64,000 nucleotides of DNA from Octopus sinensis (GCF_006345805.1 NC_042997.1:128216001-128280000); one strand, 5' to 3'. Numbered from the stretch's first letter, positions 13,470 to 26,991 are shown. Notes: a model not told the origin generated them from the sequence alone. Numbers and translations are program-made.

Positions 13470-14274
13470 TGACCTTGATCGTCAGTTTAGTAATAGCCAT
13501 ATAACACCAGGTCAGTTAGTCAGCCATCAGTCGACATTTAGAAGCGTGAACGTATGTTTTGTGCACTTTGGAATTTGCCGCGTGATGAACAATGAAAGAT
13601 TCGCAAGAACAACGTGTTTGTATGAAACCCTATTTCAGATTGGAGACCCAAGCGGAGACTTCTTTCATGTTGCGACAAGCTTATGGGGAAGACTTTGAGC
13701 TGTACTCAATGCCATGAGTGATACTAACGTTTGAAATCAAAGAAACCATTCACTGAAGGCAATACTAAATCAGAACGATCTATCACGACAACTACTGCAA
13801 TCACAGCGAAATAATCTACGTTGATCCGCGAAATGGTTGCGTGACTGACATCCACCGAAGACGATCCCGAATCTGGACGATCTACCACGACAACTGCAAT
13901 CACACTGCGAAAGAACGCGCCCTGATCCATGAAATCATTGCCTGACTGTCCGTTAAATTTACGAAGAAGCAGACATCTGTAAAAGTTTGTTTCATATGGT
14001 TTAAAAAGAATAAAAATTGGTAAAAAAAAAAACACTGTGTTGCGGAAAAATTGTGTCGCGTCTAACTAACGAACGGACAAAAATAGAACCGAACCAGGGT
14101 CAATCAAGAACTGTTTGATCGCTCGAATATTGATGAAAACTTTTTGACGTGTGTCACATCATTGCCGTCTATCCAAAAAGTCGTCAATCCAAAAAAGTCG
14201 CTGTTGTGTGTTGCAACACTGCCACTCCTCCATCATCATTAACCACCACACACACACATACACACACACCATCA

Positions 14275-14344
<70 letters not shown>

Positions 14345-14500
14345 GCAAAATGTCCCCGAGTCGCTGAAACGCTGTGATATTGGTTGTCGATTTTAAATAT
14401 GAAGATATCATTCATGAGTTGTTTTCACGTGATCATACGATCAATAAAGAGTTTTATTGGATGTCCTCAGACGTTTGAGATGCCTGAAGCAAGGACAAAC
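13470..14500 (+). mobile_element. Mariner (Tc1/mariner) transposase remnant
   Basis: Frameshifted motifs EQRVCMK..FRL.TQAETSFMLRQAYGED (HTH), TSTEDDPESGRS, NQELFDRSNIDENFL, PKSRQSK and HTINKEFY.DVLRRLR; interrupted by (CA)n at 14250-14345. Confidence 0.8.
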
Positions 14501-14639
14501 ACAACCTAGATACTGTAACTACTCACGTTGTGACTTTTAGGTAAAGTACGAGAAGAATTTCGTCTCTTCTTCCTAAAACTGCCCTATTTTTAGGATTTGG
14601 CTTAAAGGGAATGAAATCGACCCCACTACTTTTATTTAT

Positions 14640-14935
14640 TTTTTTAAGTCTGGTACTTATTTTATCGAACCGCTAAGTTACGGAAACGTAAACACAGCAG
14701 CACTGGTTGTCAAGTGGTGGTCAGACACAAACACGAACGGAAAGACACACTCACACATACACACATACACATACACACACAAATACGACGAGCTTCTTTC
14801 AGTTTCCGTCTACCAAATCCACTTACAAGGCTTTAGTTGGCCTGAGGCTATGGAATATTACACCTGCACAAGGTGACACGCAGTGGAACTGAACCCTGAA
14901 CCATGCAGCTGGAAAGGAAACTTCTTTCCACACAG
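14640..14935 (-). mobile_element. SINE family A (inverted, partial)
   Basis: ttctttcagtttccgtctaccaaatccac...gaaccctgaaccatg is the reverse complement of the family A head. Confidence 0.75.
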
Positions 14936-14994
14936 CCTTTTCTGCGCCTTGGACAAAAAGCTTCGCACGCGCGAGCGTCCTCTTACAGTAGGTG

Positions 14995-15152
14995 TAGGAG
15001 TGGTTGTGTGGTAAGTAGCTTGCTTACGAACCACAAGGTTCCGGGTTCAGTCCCACTGCATGGCACCTTGGGCAAGTGTCTTCTACTATAGCCTCGAGCC
15101 GACCAAAGCCTTGTGAGTGGATTTGGTAGACGGAAACTGAAAGAAGCCTGTC

Positions 15153-15195
<43 letters not shown>

Positions 15196-15500
15196 ATATT
15201 ATATATATATATTATATATATATATACATATGTATGTATTATGTATGTATGTATGTATGTATGTATGTATGTATGTATGTATGTGTGTATATATGTTTGT
15301 GTATTTGTTTGTCTCCCCACCCCCAACATCGCTTGACAACTGATGCTGGTGTGATTACGTCCCCGTAACTTAGCGCTTCGGCAAAAGAGACCGATAGAAT
15401 AAGTACTAGGCTTACAAAGAATAAGTCCTGGGGTCGATTTGCTCGACTAAAGGCGGTGCTCCAGCATGGCCGCAGTCAAATGACTTTAACAAGTAAAAGA
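14995..15500 (+). mobile_element. SINE family A, full length
   Basis: Complete head, body and tail with an expanded (TA)n(TATG)n core. Confidence 0.9.
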
Positions 15501-16522
15501 GTATATGTACATATATGTGCATATATGCAGATGCATGTATATATGTACTCACATAAGCACACTCACATATTGCTGGTACTGACTACTGTACCGAAGTTTG
15601 TTCTATTAACTCTGACGTTTCGTTTCTCAAGATCTTCCATACAACACAATCTATATACACTTCCCTTCATATATGCTCTCTGCCCACTTTACTTCACACA
15701 AGGCACTCTCTATGGCAGCGGTTGTAATGTTAGTGCCTATGGTAATGGGGTTTACAAATCCATCGTGATCGAACGGGTCAACGTATGATCAAAGGCGTCG
15801 CAGTCATGACTATCCTATCTATAATTCAGAACGACATTGTCCACTATAATTCAATCTTTTTAAGTTGAAGGGTGCTGTTTGAAGGAGATCTGGCTGCTAT
15901 ATCTAGCTCTTCGGACGACCATCCACTGGCTTCCTAATTTGCTTATTGAGTTGTTCTTGTATATCTCCAAGTTAGCCTTGACTGAGTAGTCCTATGGCGC
16001 TCAGGTTGCAGGTTGACGAGGCACAGACCACAGATCCAGCTTCTATCATTTGAATGATAGCCACACTTATATTCTAACATACAATGATGAAATGTATGAA
16101 GTGCAGTGCAACATTCAGCAGACATTGTACTCTCTAAACCAGTGCTTATCTTTTAACATAATTGTTCCAGTCAAAGAATTACAACCATACTGGGCCACAA
16201 TCTTGAAGAGTTTTGGTCGAACAAATCACCCCCAGCACTTATTTATTAGAGTATAGTATTTATTCTGTTAATCTTTCTTGTGAAACTCCTAAGTTATAGT
16301 GATGTAAACTAACCAGCATCAGTTGTCAAGCGGTGGCAGGGACAAACACAGACACAACGGCCCAAGGTTCTGTGCAGTGGCAGTGTACTCGAAACCAACT
16401 TCATAACCATACAGCCATGTCTCTCAAACTTTTCTTTTAACTCCAACCCCTTTTCTTTTATTAACACTTTTCCACCCTACCCTTTTCCCCTTGCTACAAT
16501 TCAATAATATTAAATACACCAC

Positions 16523-16932
16523 GTAAGGCAGCGACTTGGCAGAAACGTTAGCACGCCAGGCGAAATGCGTAGCCGTATTTCGTCTGCCGTTACGTTCTAA
16601 GTTCAAATTCCGCCGAGGTCGACTTTGCCTTTCATCCTTTCGGAGTCGATAAATTAAGTACCAGTTACGCACAGGGGTCGACACAATCGACTTAATCCGT
16701 TTGTCTGTCCTTGTTTGTCCTCTCTGTGTTTAGCCCCTTGTGGGTAGTAAAGAAATAGAAATAGGTATTTCGTCCGTCTGTATGTTCTGAGTTCAAATTT
16801 AGCCAAAAGTCGACTTTATCTTTCGTTGTTTCGGGGTCAATAAAATAAGTACGAGTTGAACACTGGTGCTGATGTAATCTTCTTACTCCTCCTTCCCCTC
16901 AGCTTGCTGCCCTTGTGCCAAAATTTGAAATC
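16523..16932 (+). mobile_element. SINE family B dimer (head plus two bodies) inside one TSD pair
   Basis: Junction aaagaaatagaaata|ggtatttcg at 16764; TSD aatatta(a/g)atacaccac at 16506-16522 and 16933-16949. Confidence 0.8.
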
Positions 16933-17249
16933 AATATTAGATACACCACAAAAAAACTGCTGCCAACATGTTGATCACATTTAAAAGATTATTTACATAT
17001 AAGTCATTTCATCAATATATTTCGCCCCTAGATATCGCTTTCAAAATTCAGCACAAGGCCAGCAATTTCGCAGGAGGGGATAAGTCAATTACAGTGTTCA
17101 ACTGGTACTTATTTTATCGTCTCCGAAAGGATGAAAGGCAAAGTCGACCTCAGTGAAATTTGAACTCAGAACGTAAAAACGGACGAAACGCTGCTAAGCA
17201 TTTTATCCGGCGTGCTTAAGATTTTGCTACCTCACTGTCTATTTGGATA

Positions 17250-18200
17250 TACCCTTTAGATTCTGGTGTTGACCAAAATGGAGATGGGCAGAGTAGAAGA
17301 GTTGCTGTTCTGTTAGTGATGTACACCCAAGCATAGTGTTTGAGGCCAGTACAGCTTTTGATGATTCAATTATTTCAGGGTGTTGGTAGTGTTCCTTATG
17401 TTTGTTTAAGCTTCAGTGGTAGAAAAAAGTATCTTTTAGGATGTTGTAGTAGTGTTTTAGTGTGTTGCTGCAGAAACAAACGATGTCTCTTACCTGTGCA
17501 GGTGGCCCTTCATTTTTCGCATTATTGTTTCGTTGAGCAGGTGGTCTGTGGGTGTGGTCTGTGTACAACCTGTTATGATACGTTAATGTCCTAACATGTT
17601 CTTTGTAGTTTATTGTGGAGAATTGGGGGCGCAAGCAGGGGCAGGACTGGCACAACCCATGATTGAAATAATGTATTGTTTGTACAACATTGTTGCAGTT
17701 TCTTTCTGATGGCCAAATGTATTGTGATTGCTCTAAGTATCATTGTGCATTGTTTTGCCTGCTTTACTATATACTCAATATGTGCTACAGAAGATTCGTG
17801 AGTAACGCCTCGTAATTACCTTCAGCATGTGTGGTATGTTTGTGTTGTTGGATGTGAGGGTCGATCGTATTTGTTTTGTGCTAAGAGGAGACAGTGGATC
17901 TGGTAGATGCTACGTTAAGTCTTGTCGCGGAGCCAAACTTTCTAGGTGACCTCCATAAGACTGAAGTAGTTGCAGAGCAGTGTCTGCGGAATGGTGAGAG
18001 GATGTGAATGTGATGTCATCTGTGTATAAAGCTGTTTGTATGTCTTGTGGAAGGGTGGTAAAGTTGTGTATAGGTATAGCCTGAAAAAGTAGATGGGAGA
18101 ACGGATATTCCCTCTGGGAAATTACAAGTTTTGAAAGTGTTCTTCTAGTATACTACATATGCTTTGGCCGACCTGGCAAGTAGTTCATTTAGCATCATTT
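17250..18200 (-). mobile_element. Non-LTR retrotransposon RT remnant (I/Jockey superfamily-like)
   Basis: Degenerate P.G.SVLS.LLF and ALYTDDITF (YTDD at 18015-18026), then MLYKQYI.SIMG.ASPA and ITGCTQTTPTDHL-like motifs; stops and frameshifts throughout. Confidence 0.8.
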
Positions 18201-18224
18201 TGTTGTGCTTTTTAAACAGGTTTC

Positions 18225-18600
18225 TTTATCTTTTACTTGCTCTAGTCATCAGACTGTGGCCATGCTGGCGGGAACTGCCAAGAAGGATTTAGTCGTACAA
18301 ATCAACCCAGTACTTGTTTTTAAGTCTAGCACTTATTCTATCTTTATCTTTTGACGAATGCACGAGGACGTAAGCAAACTAACACCGGTTGTCAAGCGGT
18401 GGTGAAAGACGAACACAAACACACATATATGATGGGCTTCCATAGAGTTTCCTTCTACCAAATTCACTCACAAGGCATTGGTCGATCCAAGGCCATAGTA
18501 AAAGTCACTTGCCCAGAGTGCTGCGCAGTTAGACTGAACCCGAAGCCGTGTAGTTGCAAAACGAGCTTCTTATCCACACAGCCATGCTTGCGCCTGTAAT
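18225..18600 (-). mobile_element. SINE family A (inverted, diverged)
   Basis: Reverse-complement match to head, body and tail. Confidence 0.7.
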
Positions 18601-18720
18601 TAAGCTGTATATTTTTGCTTGCATTTTTTTTTCTTTTTTGCACATGGGTTGATAGCAAGAAATGGAGTCAAAAGTTTTACTAGTGTTGATGGTAGTTAGA
18701 ATGGTAGATATGGGAAGCTT

Positions 18721-18955
18721 ATAAGCCGACGAGCTGGCAGAAACGTTAGCGCGCCGGGCGAAATGCTTAGCGGTATTTCGTCCGCCGTTACGTTCTGAGT
18801 TTAAATTCCGCCGAGGTCGACTTTGCCTTTCATCTTTTCGGGGTCGATTAAATAAGTACCAGTTACGCACTGGGGTCGATATAATTGACTTAATACCTTT
18901 GTCTATCCTTGTTTGTCCCCTCTATGTTTAGCCCCTTGTGGGCAATAACGAAATA
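18721..18955 (+). mobile_element. SINE family B with a 15-bp TSD
   Basis: TSD agatatgggaag(c/t)tt at 18706-18720 and 18956-18970. Confidence 0.9.
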
Positions 18956-19074
18956 AGATATGGGAAGTTTTGATGGTGATGGTGGTGGTGGTGGTTAAGG
19001 CTGTCGTAGTAGGAGTGGTGACAGTGGTGGCGGTAGTACGGATGTTTGCGGTGGTGCTTGGATTCTTTTAGCTT

Positions 19075-19290
19075 TTTTACCTTTTGCCTGTTTCAGTCTT
19101 TGGACTATGGCCATGCCGGGGCACCGCTTTGAATGGCTTTAGCCGAACAAATCAACCCCCCAGTACTTATTTCTTGTTTTGAAGTCTAGTTCTTATTCTA
19201 CCGCTACCTTTTGCCGAACCGCTAGGTTACAAGGACGTAAACAACCCAACACCAGTTGGAGGAAGACAAATACAAACACAAAGAAGCACT
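19075..19290 (-). mobile_element. SINE family A 3' half (inverted)
   Basis: gactatggccatgccggggcaccgcttt...ccgaaccgctaggttac. Confidence 0.65.
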
Positions 19291-19333
19291 AACAGATACA
19301 CACATACACACTCATACAATAATAATAAGAAGA

Positions 19334-19431
<98 letters not shown>

Positions 19432-19432
<1 letters not shown>

Positions 19433-19592
19433 TGCAATAAGACTGGAGCACTTGCAAAAAACAGCACTGCTTGGAACCGCTCGAATACTCCGGGAGGTGC
19501 TCGAAAAATAAGAGGTGTTACATTAGTTCACTGGCAGTGAACAGATGACACTGTAGTACATCTCCAGCGTTAGAAGCTGTGCAAAAGCAATG
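19432..19592 (+). mobile_element. 3' terminus of an R4/Dong-like REL non-LTR element between (AAT)n and (ATT)n tracts
   Basis: AIRLEHLQKTALLGTARILREVLEK* (19434-19511) resembles the LQKTALLGTA.ILR.VL C-terminus of R4/Dong-clade proteins. Confidence 0.75.
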
Positions 19593-19593
19593 A

Positions 19594-19627
<34 letters not shown>

Positions 19628-20040
19628 TTATTATTATTATCATCCCCTTCTTTCAATGTTGTTTCCGTTTCTTGCCGAGAGTCTTCTCGATACCTAGGGC
19701 AAAGAAACTCACTGTATACCTTGGTAGACCATAAAAATAAACACACCAGATTGTTCATTTAGAAAGTCTTGTGGGAGGGAAAAAAAGGGAAAGAAAGGAA
19801 AATGGATAAGGAGAAGCAGAAAAAAATAAAAAGGGGAAAAGGAAACAAAATTCACGGCAACAATGTTCTTCTCAATACGTACGATGTACCAGTTAAAACA
19901 ATATTTTTCACTTCCTGCACTGATGGTAAGCCAGGGATCAGCCTCAAATAAGTTTTTATCATTCCTAGTGCTCCTACAATTACTGATATTGTAACTGTCT
20001 TGAGAAGCCACATTTTTTTTCGATTTCAATCAGCAAATAG

Positions 20041-20203
20041 GCGCAGGAGTGGCTGTGTGGTAAGTAGCTTGCTAACCAACCTCATGGTTCCGGGTTCAGT
20101 CCCACTGCGTGGCACCTTGGGCAAGTGTCTTCTGCTATAGCCCCGGGCCGACCAATGCCTTGTGAGCGGATTTGGTAGACGGAAACTGAAAGAAGCCTGT
20201 CGT

Positions 20204-20236
<33 letters not shown>

Positions 20237-20480
20237 TATATATAATATGTATGTGTGTGTTTGTGTGTCTGTGTTTGTCCCCTAGCATTGCTTGACAACC
20301 GATGCTGGTGTGTTACGTCCCCGTCACTTAGCGGTTCGGCAAAAAGAGACCGATAGAATAAGTACTGGGCTTACAAAGAATAAGTCCCGGGGTCGATTTG
20401 TTCGACTAAAGGCGGTGCTCCAGCATGGCCGCAGTCAAATGACTGAAACAAGTAAAAGAGTAAAAGAGTAAAAGAGTAAA
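20041..20480 (+). mobile_element. SINE family A, full length
   Basis: Complete copy with a (GAGTAAAA)n tail. Confidence 0.9.
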
Positions 20481-20504
20481 TCTTTATACTTTCTGAGCTT
20501 TATT

Positions 20505-20712
20505 ATTGGCGAGCCGGCAGACTCGTTAGCGCGCTGAACGAAATGCTTAGAAGTATTTCACCCGTCGCTGCGTTCTGAGATCAACTTCCGCTGAGGGCGC
20601 CTTTGCCTTTCATCCTTTCGGAGCCGATAAATTAAGTACCAGTGAAACACTGGAGTCGATGTAATCGACTTAATCCCCTCCCCCAAGGTGCCCTTGTGGC
20701 AAAAATTTGAAA
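20505..20712 (+). mobile_element. SINE family B (alternative-tail variant)
   Basis: ggcgagccggcagactcgttagc...ccctccccc aaggtgcccttgtggcaaaaatttgaaacc. Confidence 0.75.
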
Positions 20713-20714
20713 CC

Positions 20715-20777
20715 ATTATTATTATTGTTATTATTATCATTATCATTATTATCATCATCAGCATTATTATAATTATA

Positions 20778-20847
<70 letters not shown>

Positions 20848-20857
20848 GTTATTGTTG

Positions 20858-20912
<55 letters not shown>

Positions 20913-20955
20913 CATCATCATCATCATCATCATTATTTTATTATTATTATTATTA

Positions 20956-20994
<39 letters not shown>

Positions 20995-20995
20995 T
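20715..20995. repeat. (ATT)n/(ATC)n microsatellite
   Basis: Direct inspection. Confidence 0.95.
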
Positions 20996-21649
20996 AAAAC
21001 AGTCTGATTTAGGCCCATACAACAAGTTTCGTACGCTTCGTAGCTCGTCGGCCCTAGTTTTCCGTCTGCTAAATATATTCACAAGGCATTGGTCGGCCCG
21101 GTGTTATAGTAGAAGACACTTGTCCCTATATGCCACGCAGTAGGACTGAACTCGAAACCACGTGATTGGGAAGCAAACTTATTACACAGCTATACTTGCG
21201 CCTACAAAGGGTGATTGTTGTAGTGGTTGTGTTAGGCGGTGGGGGATGTGTGCAGTATTGTTTGTGGTGGTGGATGAGGAAGTGGTGTTATTAATTATTC
21301 GTTTAACCCCAGGTCACCCCCGACTTATCATGCCCACATTCAAAGGCGTGCTAGCCGTGCCCATGCAGTCTTTTAAAGGACTCAACCACAACGACCGCTA
21401 ACACCATCACCACAACCACAACCACCACCACCACTACCACCACCACCACCCACTATATCCTTTTTTAAAGATATAATAATATGGTTAGAAGAGTATTTGG
21501 CTGCTATTTCTAATAGGTTTAACAATCACACAGACATAGAAGCTCCTAACCTTAGGAAACGTATGAACACCACCACATCTCACATCCTTTGACCCGATCA
21601 TAAGCTTTTCACACTATCCCACTGTTAGAAATAATCATCATCAGTATTA

Positions 21650-22210
21650 TCATCACCATCATCACCACCACAACCACCACCACCACCAGCACAAACACCA
21701 CTACAACCACCACCACAACCACCACTACAACCACCACCACCACCACAACCACCACTACAACCACCACCACAGCTACCACTACAACCACCACCACAACCAC
21801 CACTACAACCACCACTACAACCACCACCACAACCACCACTACAACCACCACCACAGCCACCACTACAACCACCACCACAACCACCACTACAACCACCACT
21901 ACAACCACCACCACAACCACCACTACAACCACCACCACAACCACCACTACAACCACCACCACAACCACCACTACAACCACCATCACAACCACCACTGCAA
22001 CCACCACCACAACCACCACTACAATACCACCACAACCACCACTACAACCACCACTACAACCACCACCACAACCACCACTACAACCACCACTACAACCACC
22101 ACTACAACCACCACTACAACCACCACCACAGCCACCACTACAACCACCACCACAACCACCACTGCAACCACCACCACAACCACCACTACAATCACCACCA
22201 CAACCATCAA
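21650..22210. repeat. Higher-order ACN-triplet repeat (ACCACCACAACCACCACTACA-like 21-24-nt units)
   Basis: Direct inspection; reads poly-Thr on + and poly-Val or (GGCSGGC)n on -. Confidence 0.9.
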
Positions 22211-22496
22211 ACTACCATTACAACCATCACCACCACTACCATCTCTTCGAACACCATCACAACCACCACCACTACCACAACTACAACCGCAACCACTACT
22301 ACCATCACCTCAACCAACATCACAACCATCATAACCACCACCACCTCAACCATAACCACAACTACCACAACCACCACAACCACCCATCATCATCACATTT
22401 CTACCACGACCACTACTGGTGCCATCATCACCATTATTATAACCAGCACCGTTGCTACAACAAACACAGACCACTACCACAACTACCAGCTTCCCT

Positions 22497-22528
<32 letters not shown>

Positions 22529-22722
22529 CAATACTATTAGTACCCCATCACCACCGCCACCTCCATTACCAAAACCACCAGCATCAGCATCACCCTCAAC
22601 AACCCATCACCGCTGCTACCACTTCCTTTATAACCACCGCCAATATCGTTGCCGTCGTCGTAGTGGCCGTCATCAACATCATCACCATCAATATCATCAC
22701 CATCATTGTCATCATCATTGCC

Positions 22723-22761
<39 letters not shown>

Positions 22762-22917
22762 ACATCGTCATCACTATCACCATTATTGTTATTGTTACCA
22801 TGCTTTGTTTAAAATATATTAGAAAACAATGAAAAAGTGAATTAAATGTTTTGTTGTGTGCATGTGTGTGTGTGCGTGTGTGCGGACGTGTGTGTGTATA
22901 CATACATAGCTACATAT

Positions 22918-22960
<43 letters not shown>

Positions 22961-23299
22961 GCAATATATAAACAAATATAAAATACATATATACATAGAC
23001 ACGCGCCAAACTCACATTCACTCACACACAAATAATATAATATATAGAGAAGACACACACACATATACTATATATTTTATACATATACGTATATTTCATA
23101 GATATAAATATATATATAATACTATATATATATAATATTATATATAATATATATAATATATATATATATATTATATATATAAAAGACGAGAGATAATAGA
23201 GAAAAATAGATAAAGAAAGAGAGATGGAGATACAGAGGGGAACGAAAGAGAGAGTGAGGGAGGAGGGAAAGAGTGTGTTTGTGTGTATATGTGTGCGAG

Positions 23300-23962
23300 G
23301 TAGAAGAATCACCGGCGACAAATTGTGCATGACGTCGATTCGATCACTGTTCCTTGCTGGTTACTGTAGCAGCTGAAAAATATAGTTTGTGTCCAGTACT
23401 CATCGAATTGGAAGTAGTGAGTGCCGTAGTGAGAGTTCTTGTTGTATTTGTAGTAGCGGTGGCGGTGGTGGTGGTGGTGGTTGCGGTGGTGGCGGCGGCA
23501 GTCGTGGTCGTCGTAGTCATCGTCATTGTCGTCATCGTCGTCGTCGTCGTCATCAGCGTCTGGACGGACTCAGTCCTCTTTCTAAGTTGTTTATCAGTCA
23601 TGTTGGCGGCGTTGTCGTCATTGGATAATAATAATAATCATAATAATAATAATAATCACAGCAACATAAATAATAACAATAGCAACAACAACTATAACAA
23701 CAACAAAACTAGCAATAATAAATTCACAAAAGGGAAGATTAGAAAACGTCAATGTGAAAGAAGATCCCAAAGTCTTTGGTTTTTACCATGGGATAGTTGT
23801 GCTAATAATAACAGCAGCAACAACAGCAACCACAACAACAACAACAACAGCTGCGATAGAAACAGTAGTTATTGCAATGTCGGTGAGAGATACCGGCCTG
23901 AGGCGAGAGTTCTAGGCTCGAGTGGGCCCCGTGTCTACACAAAAGTCGGACCAGTGGTCACA
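23300..23962 (+). promoter_or_regulatory. Candidate promoter/5' leader of the 23963 exon
   Basis: Locally CpG-rich unique sequence with GGT/GGC and CGT triplet runs, and a CRE-like TGACGTCG at 23330-23337, directly upstream of the exon. Inference only. Confidence 0.3.
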
Positions 23963-24029
23963 ATGGGGATTTTAAACACATTCTGGACTATAGTGCTTCT
24001 GGTTCTTACCCTAGCTGATTGTACCCCAG
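23963..24029 (+). CDS. Putative first coding exon of a secreted or membrane protein (signal peptide MGILNTFWTIVLLVLTLADCTP|G); gene identity unknown; may extend upstream in frame to ATG 23600
   Basis: ATG in strong context (gtcacaATGg). 22 codons with a hydrophobic core (FWTIVLLVLTL) and small residues near a plausible cleavage site. Ends CCAG|GTAAAT (donor at 24030), a phase-1 intron, which is typical after signal-peptide exons. No downstream exon recognised. Confidence 0.6.
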
Positions 24030-24349
24030 GTAAATACTTTTTGTTATTCTTTCTTTAAAGGTTCTTGTTTAATAAAGGGAGACATACACAGCCGCACAAC
24101 AAACAGACACGTACAATTTAACATCTTCATCTTTTCACTCATCCTACATTGTCATTTAATTTTTTTATTTTCATTCTTTGTTGTATATCATTAGAATTCT
24201 ATTTTAAACGTGACATGCATGTATACCATGTCTAAATACATATGTGATATATATATATGTTGACTATCATAACCATCCCTCGTTATATATATATATATGT
24301 TCCTGTACGTGCGTACATATACTACCTATACATACATACATCATATATA

Positions 24350-24383
<34 letters not shown>

Positions 24384-24507
24384 CACACATACATATATAT
24401 AGATATATTATATATATATCTTATATTATATATATATATGTATTTATGTATGTATATATGTATGTATGTATGTATGTATGCATGTATATACGTATATGTA
24501 ATAAACG

Positions 24508-24539
<32 letters not shown>

Positions 24540-24748
24540 GCACATCTAAGCATGTATTTATTATAATTCTATAGTTTTGATTTAAACCATTTAGTTTTCC
24601 ATATAGCCATAATGAAAGTGTATATATATAACATGTACATGTAATTTATATACCATTGTACGTATCTCTTTCATACGTACACACATACATACATACAAAC
24701 ATATTTATATACATGCATACATACACACATACATACACATATACGTAC

Positions 24749-24847
<99 letters not shown>

Positions 24848-25649
24848 CCGCACACACACATGCATGTGCGCGGGCGCAAAATTATATTTGAAACTCTAAA
24901 TGTAAGCGTGTGTTTGCGTTTTTGAATATACATACATATCCTCATGTATAACTTTTGTATGTACGTTTGTATATTTCTCTTTGTATGTATGTATGTATGT
25001 ATGTATGTATGTATGTATATGTATATTTTTCTTGATATGCGTGTGTATATGTATGTAGGATGTATGTATGAACAGCTCTCTGTATATGTGTATATGTATG
25101 TAAATATATACATATGTATTATACGTATGCCTTATATATAGACAATATTAAAATTATTACTGTACACACACACACAATCACACACACACATTTATGAGTA
25201 CACAAATACACTTGCAATTACACTCACATGCGAAGTTATATATACACAAATACATACATTCTCAAATACATGCATAGTTTCAAAAGTCATTTTCTTATCG
25301 TATAAATAAAATATTATTACACATGGAATATTATGTGTCGTGTAGTATCTACGACTGAATACAAACTAAATTTAAACATACAAGCGTATTTAAAGTGTTA
25401 TGCATTCAGACATACATGTATGTATGCACGACACGCTGTTTTTATATTGTAGTTTGAATGTGTAAAAGTGTATAATGCATGATGTAATGCGTGCTTTTAA
25501 GTATACCGTGTGCATGTTTAATAAGTTTGTACGTACGTACGTATATGTATACATGTATGTATATAAATATATAATAATCTATATATATATATATATACAT
25601 ACATAATACATACTACATCATATATATATCATACACACACCACACATAT

Positions 25650-25683
<34 letters not shown>

Positions 25684-25718
25684 AACACACACAACACACC
25701 ACACACCCACACACACAC

Positions 25719-25755
<37 letters not shown>

Positions 25756-25871
25756 TATATATATATACACCCAACGTGGGTGTGGCGTGGATGGGTTTTG
25801 TGTAGGTGGACTGGTGGTACGTTGTGTTTGTTTCTATGGTACGCATGTATGTACATATATATGTGTGTGTG

Positions 25872-25906
<35 letters not shown>

Positions 25907-25908
25907 GG

Positions 25909-25941
<33 letters not shown>

Positions 25942-26960
25942 CATACATACATACATACATACATACATACATACATACATACATTATGTATGTATACATG
26001 TGACAGTTGTGTATTGTATGTATGTATGCGTGTTTTTGTATGTAATATATGTGTAGAGACGTTCTCTACTTCAACTTGAACCCCGGCTGACAGTTTATGG
26101 CTAACTGTGAACAGTAGATTTATTAAGAGTTCTGTTAGAATCTGATAGTTAGTTGCTTTAAAAATGTGTCCGATGCTTGTTTAGGGGTCCCATCTTCCTC
26201 TATCTATTATCTCTCAATCTATCTATCTGTCTATCTGTGTGTGTGTGTGTTGTGTGTGTGTGTGTGTGTGTGTGTGTCTGTGTATGTGTGTGTGTGTGTA
26301 TTTCCCTGTTCAAACTGGGCCCCCTGAACAACAGTAGGGAGAGACAGTGTTGAAAGATGGAGAGTAATCGGCGCCTGCTTGCCATTTTCTATTCAGGGAC
26401 ATTACTCCCTTTTTTTTTCTGGGACACTTGATTCCCTACTTTTTCATTGCCTACACACATCGTACGCAGTCACAACTCACACTTGCAATACACACATACA
26501 CACACACAAACAGATACACACATACATACACATACTCACACGTACGCACACTGAAAATGTACACCACACATGAACATTTGATACAGTAGTGTACATGTAT
26601 ACACATTAATGATGCATACACACTAACAAACTGTACCACACACACACCACACACACACGTTGACACTACTTTATATACACACATTAACGTTCACTGACAT
26701 ACTATTACACACACATTCAAACATGCATTGACAAAGGGAAAAACACAACCAGCCTATACCACACGTACACACAATCAACTTTATACACACACATAATATA
26801 CATGTATACACACAAACAGACGTATAGCCAGTACACCACACTTACGCACATGACTGCATAGCTTACACTTAAACATATACAATATACTTGACATACACAG
26901 ATATACACTCTATAACTACATACACACAGAGACACATACATACATACATACATACATATA

Positions 26961-26991
<31 letters not shown>

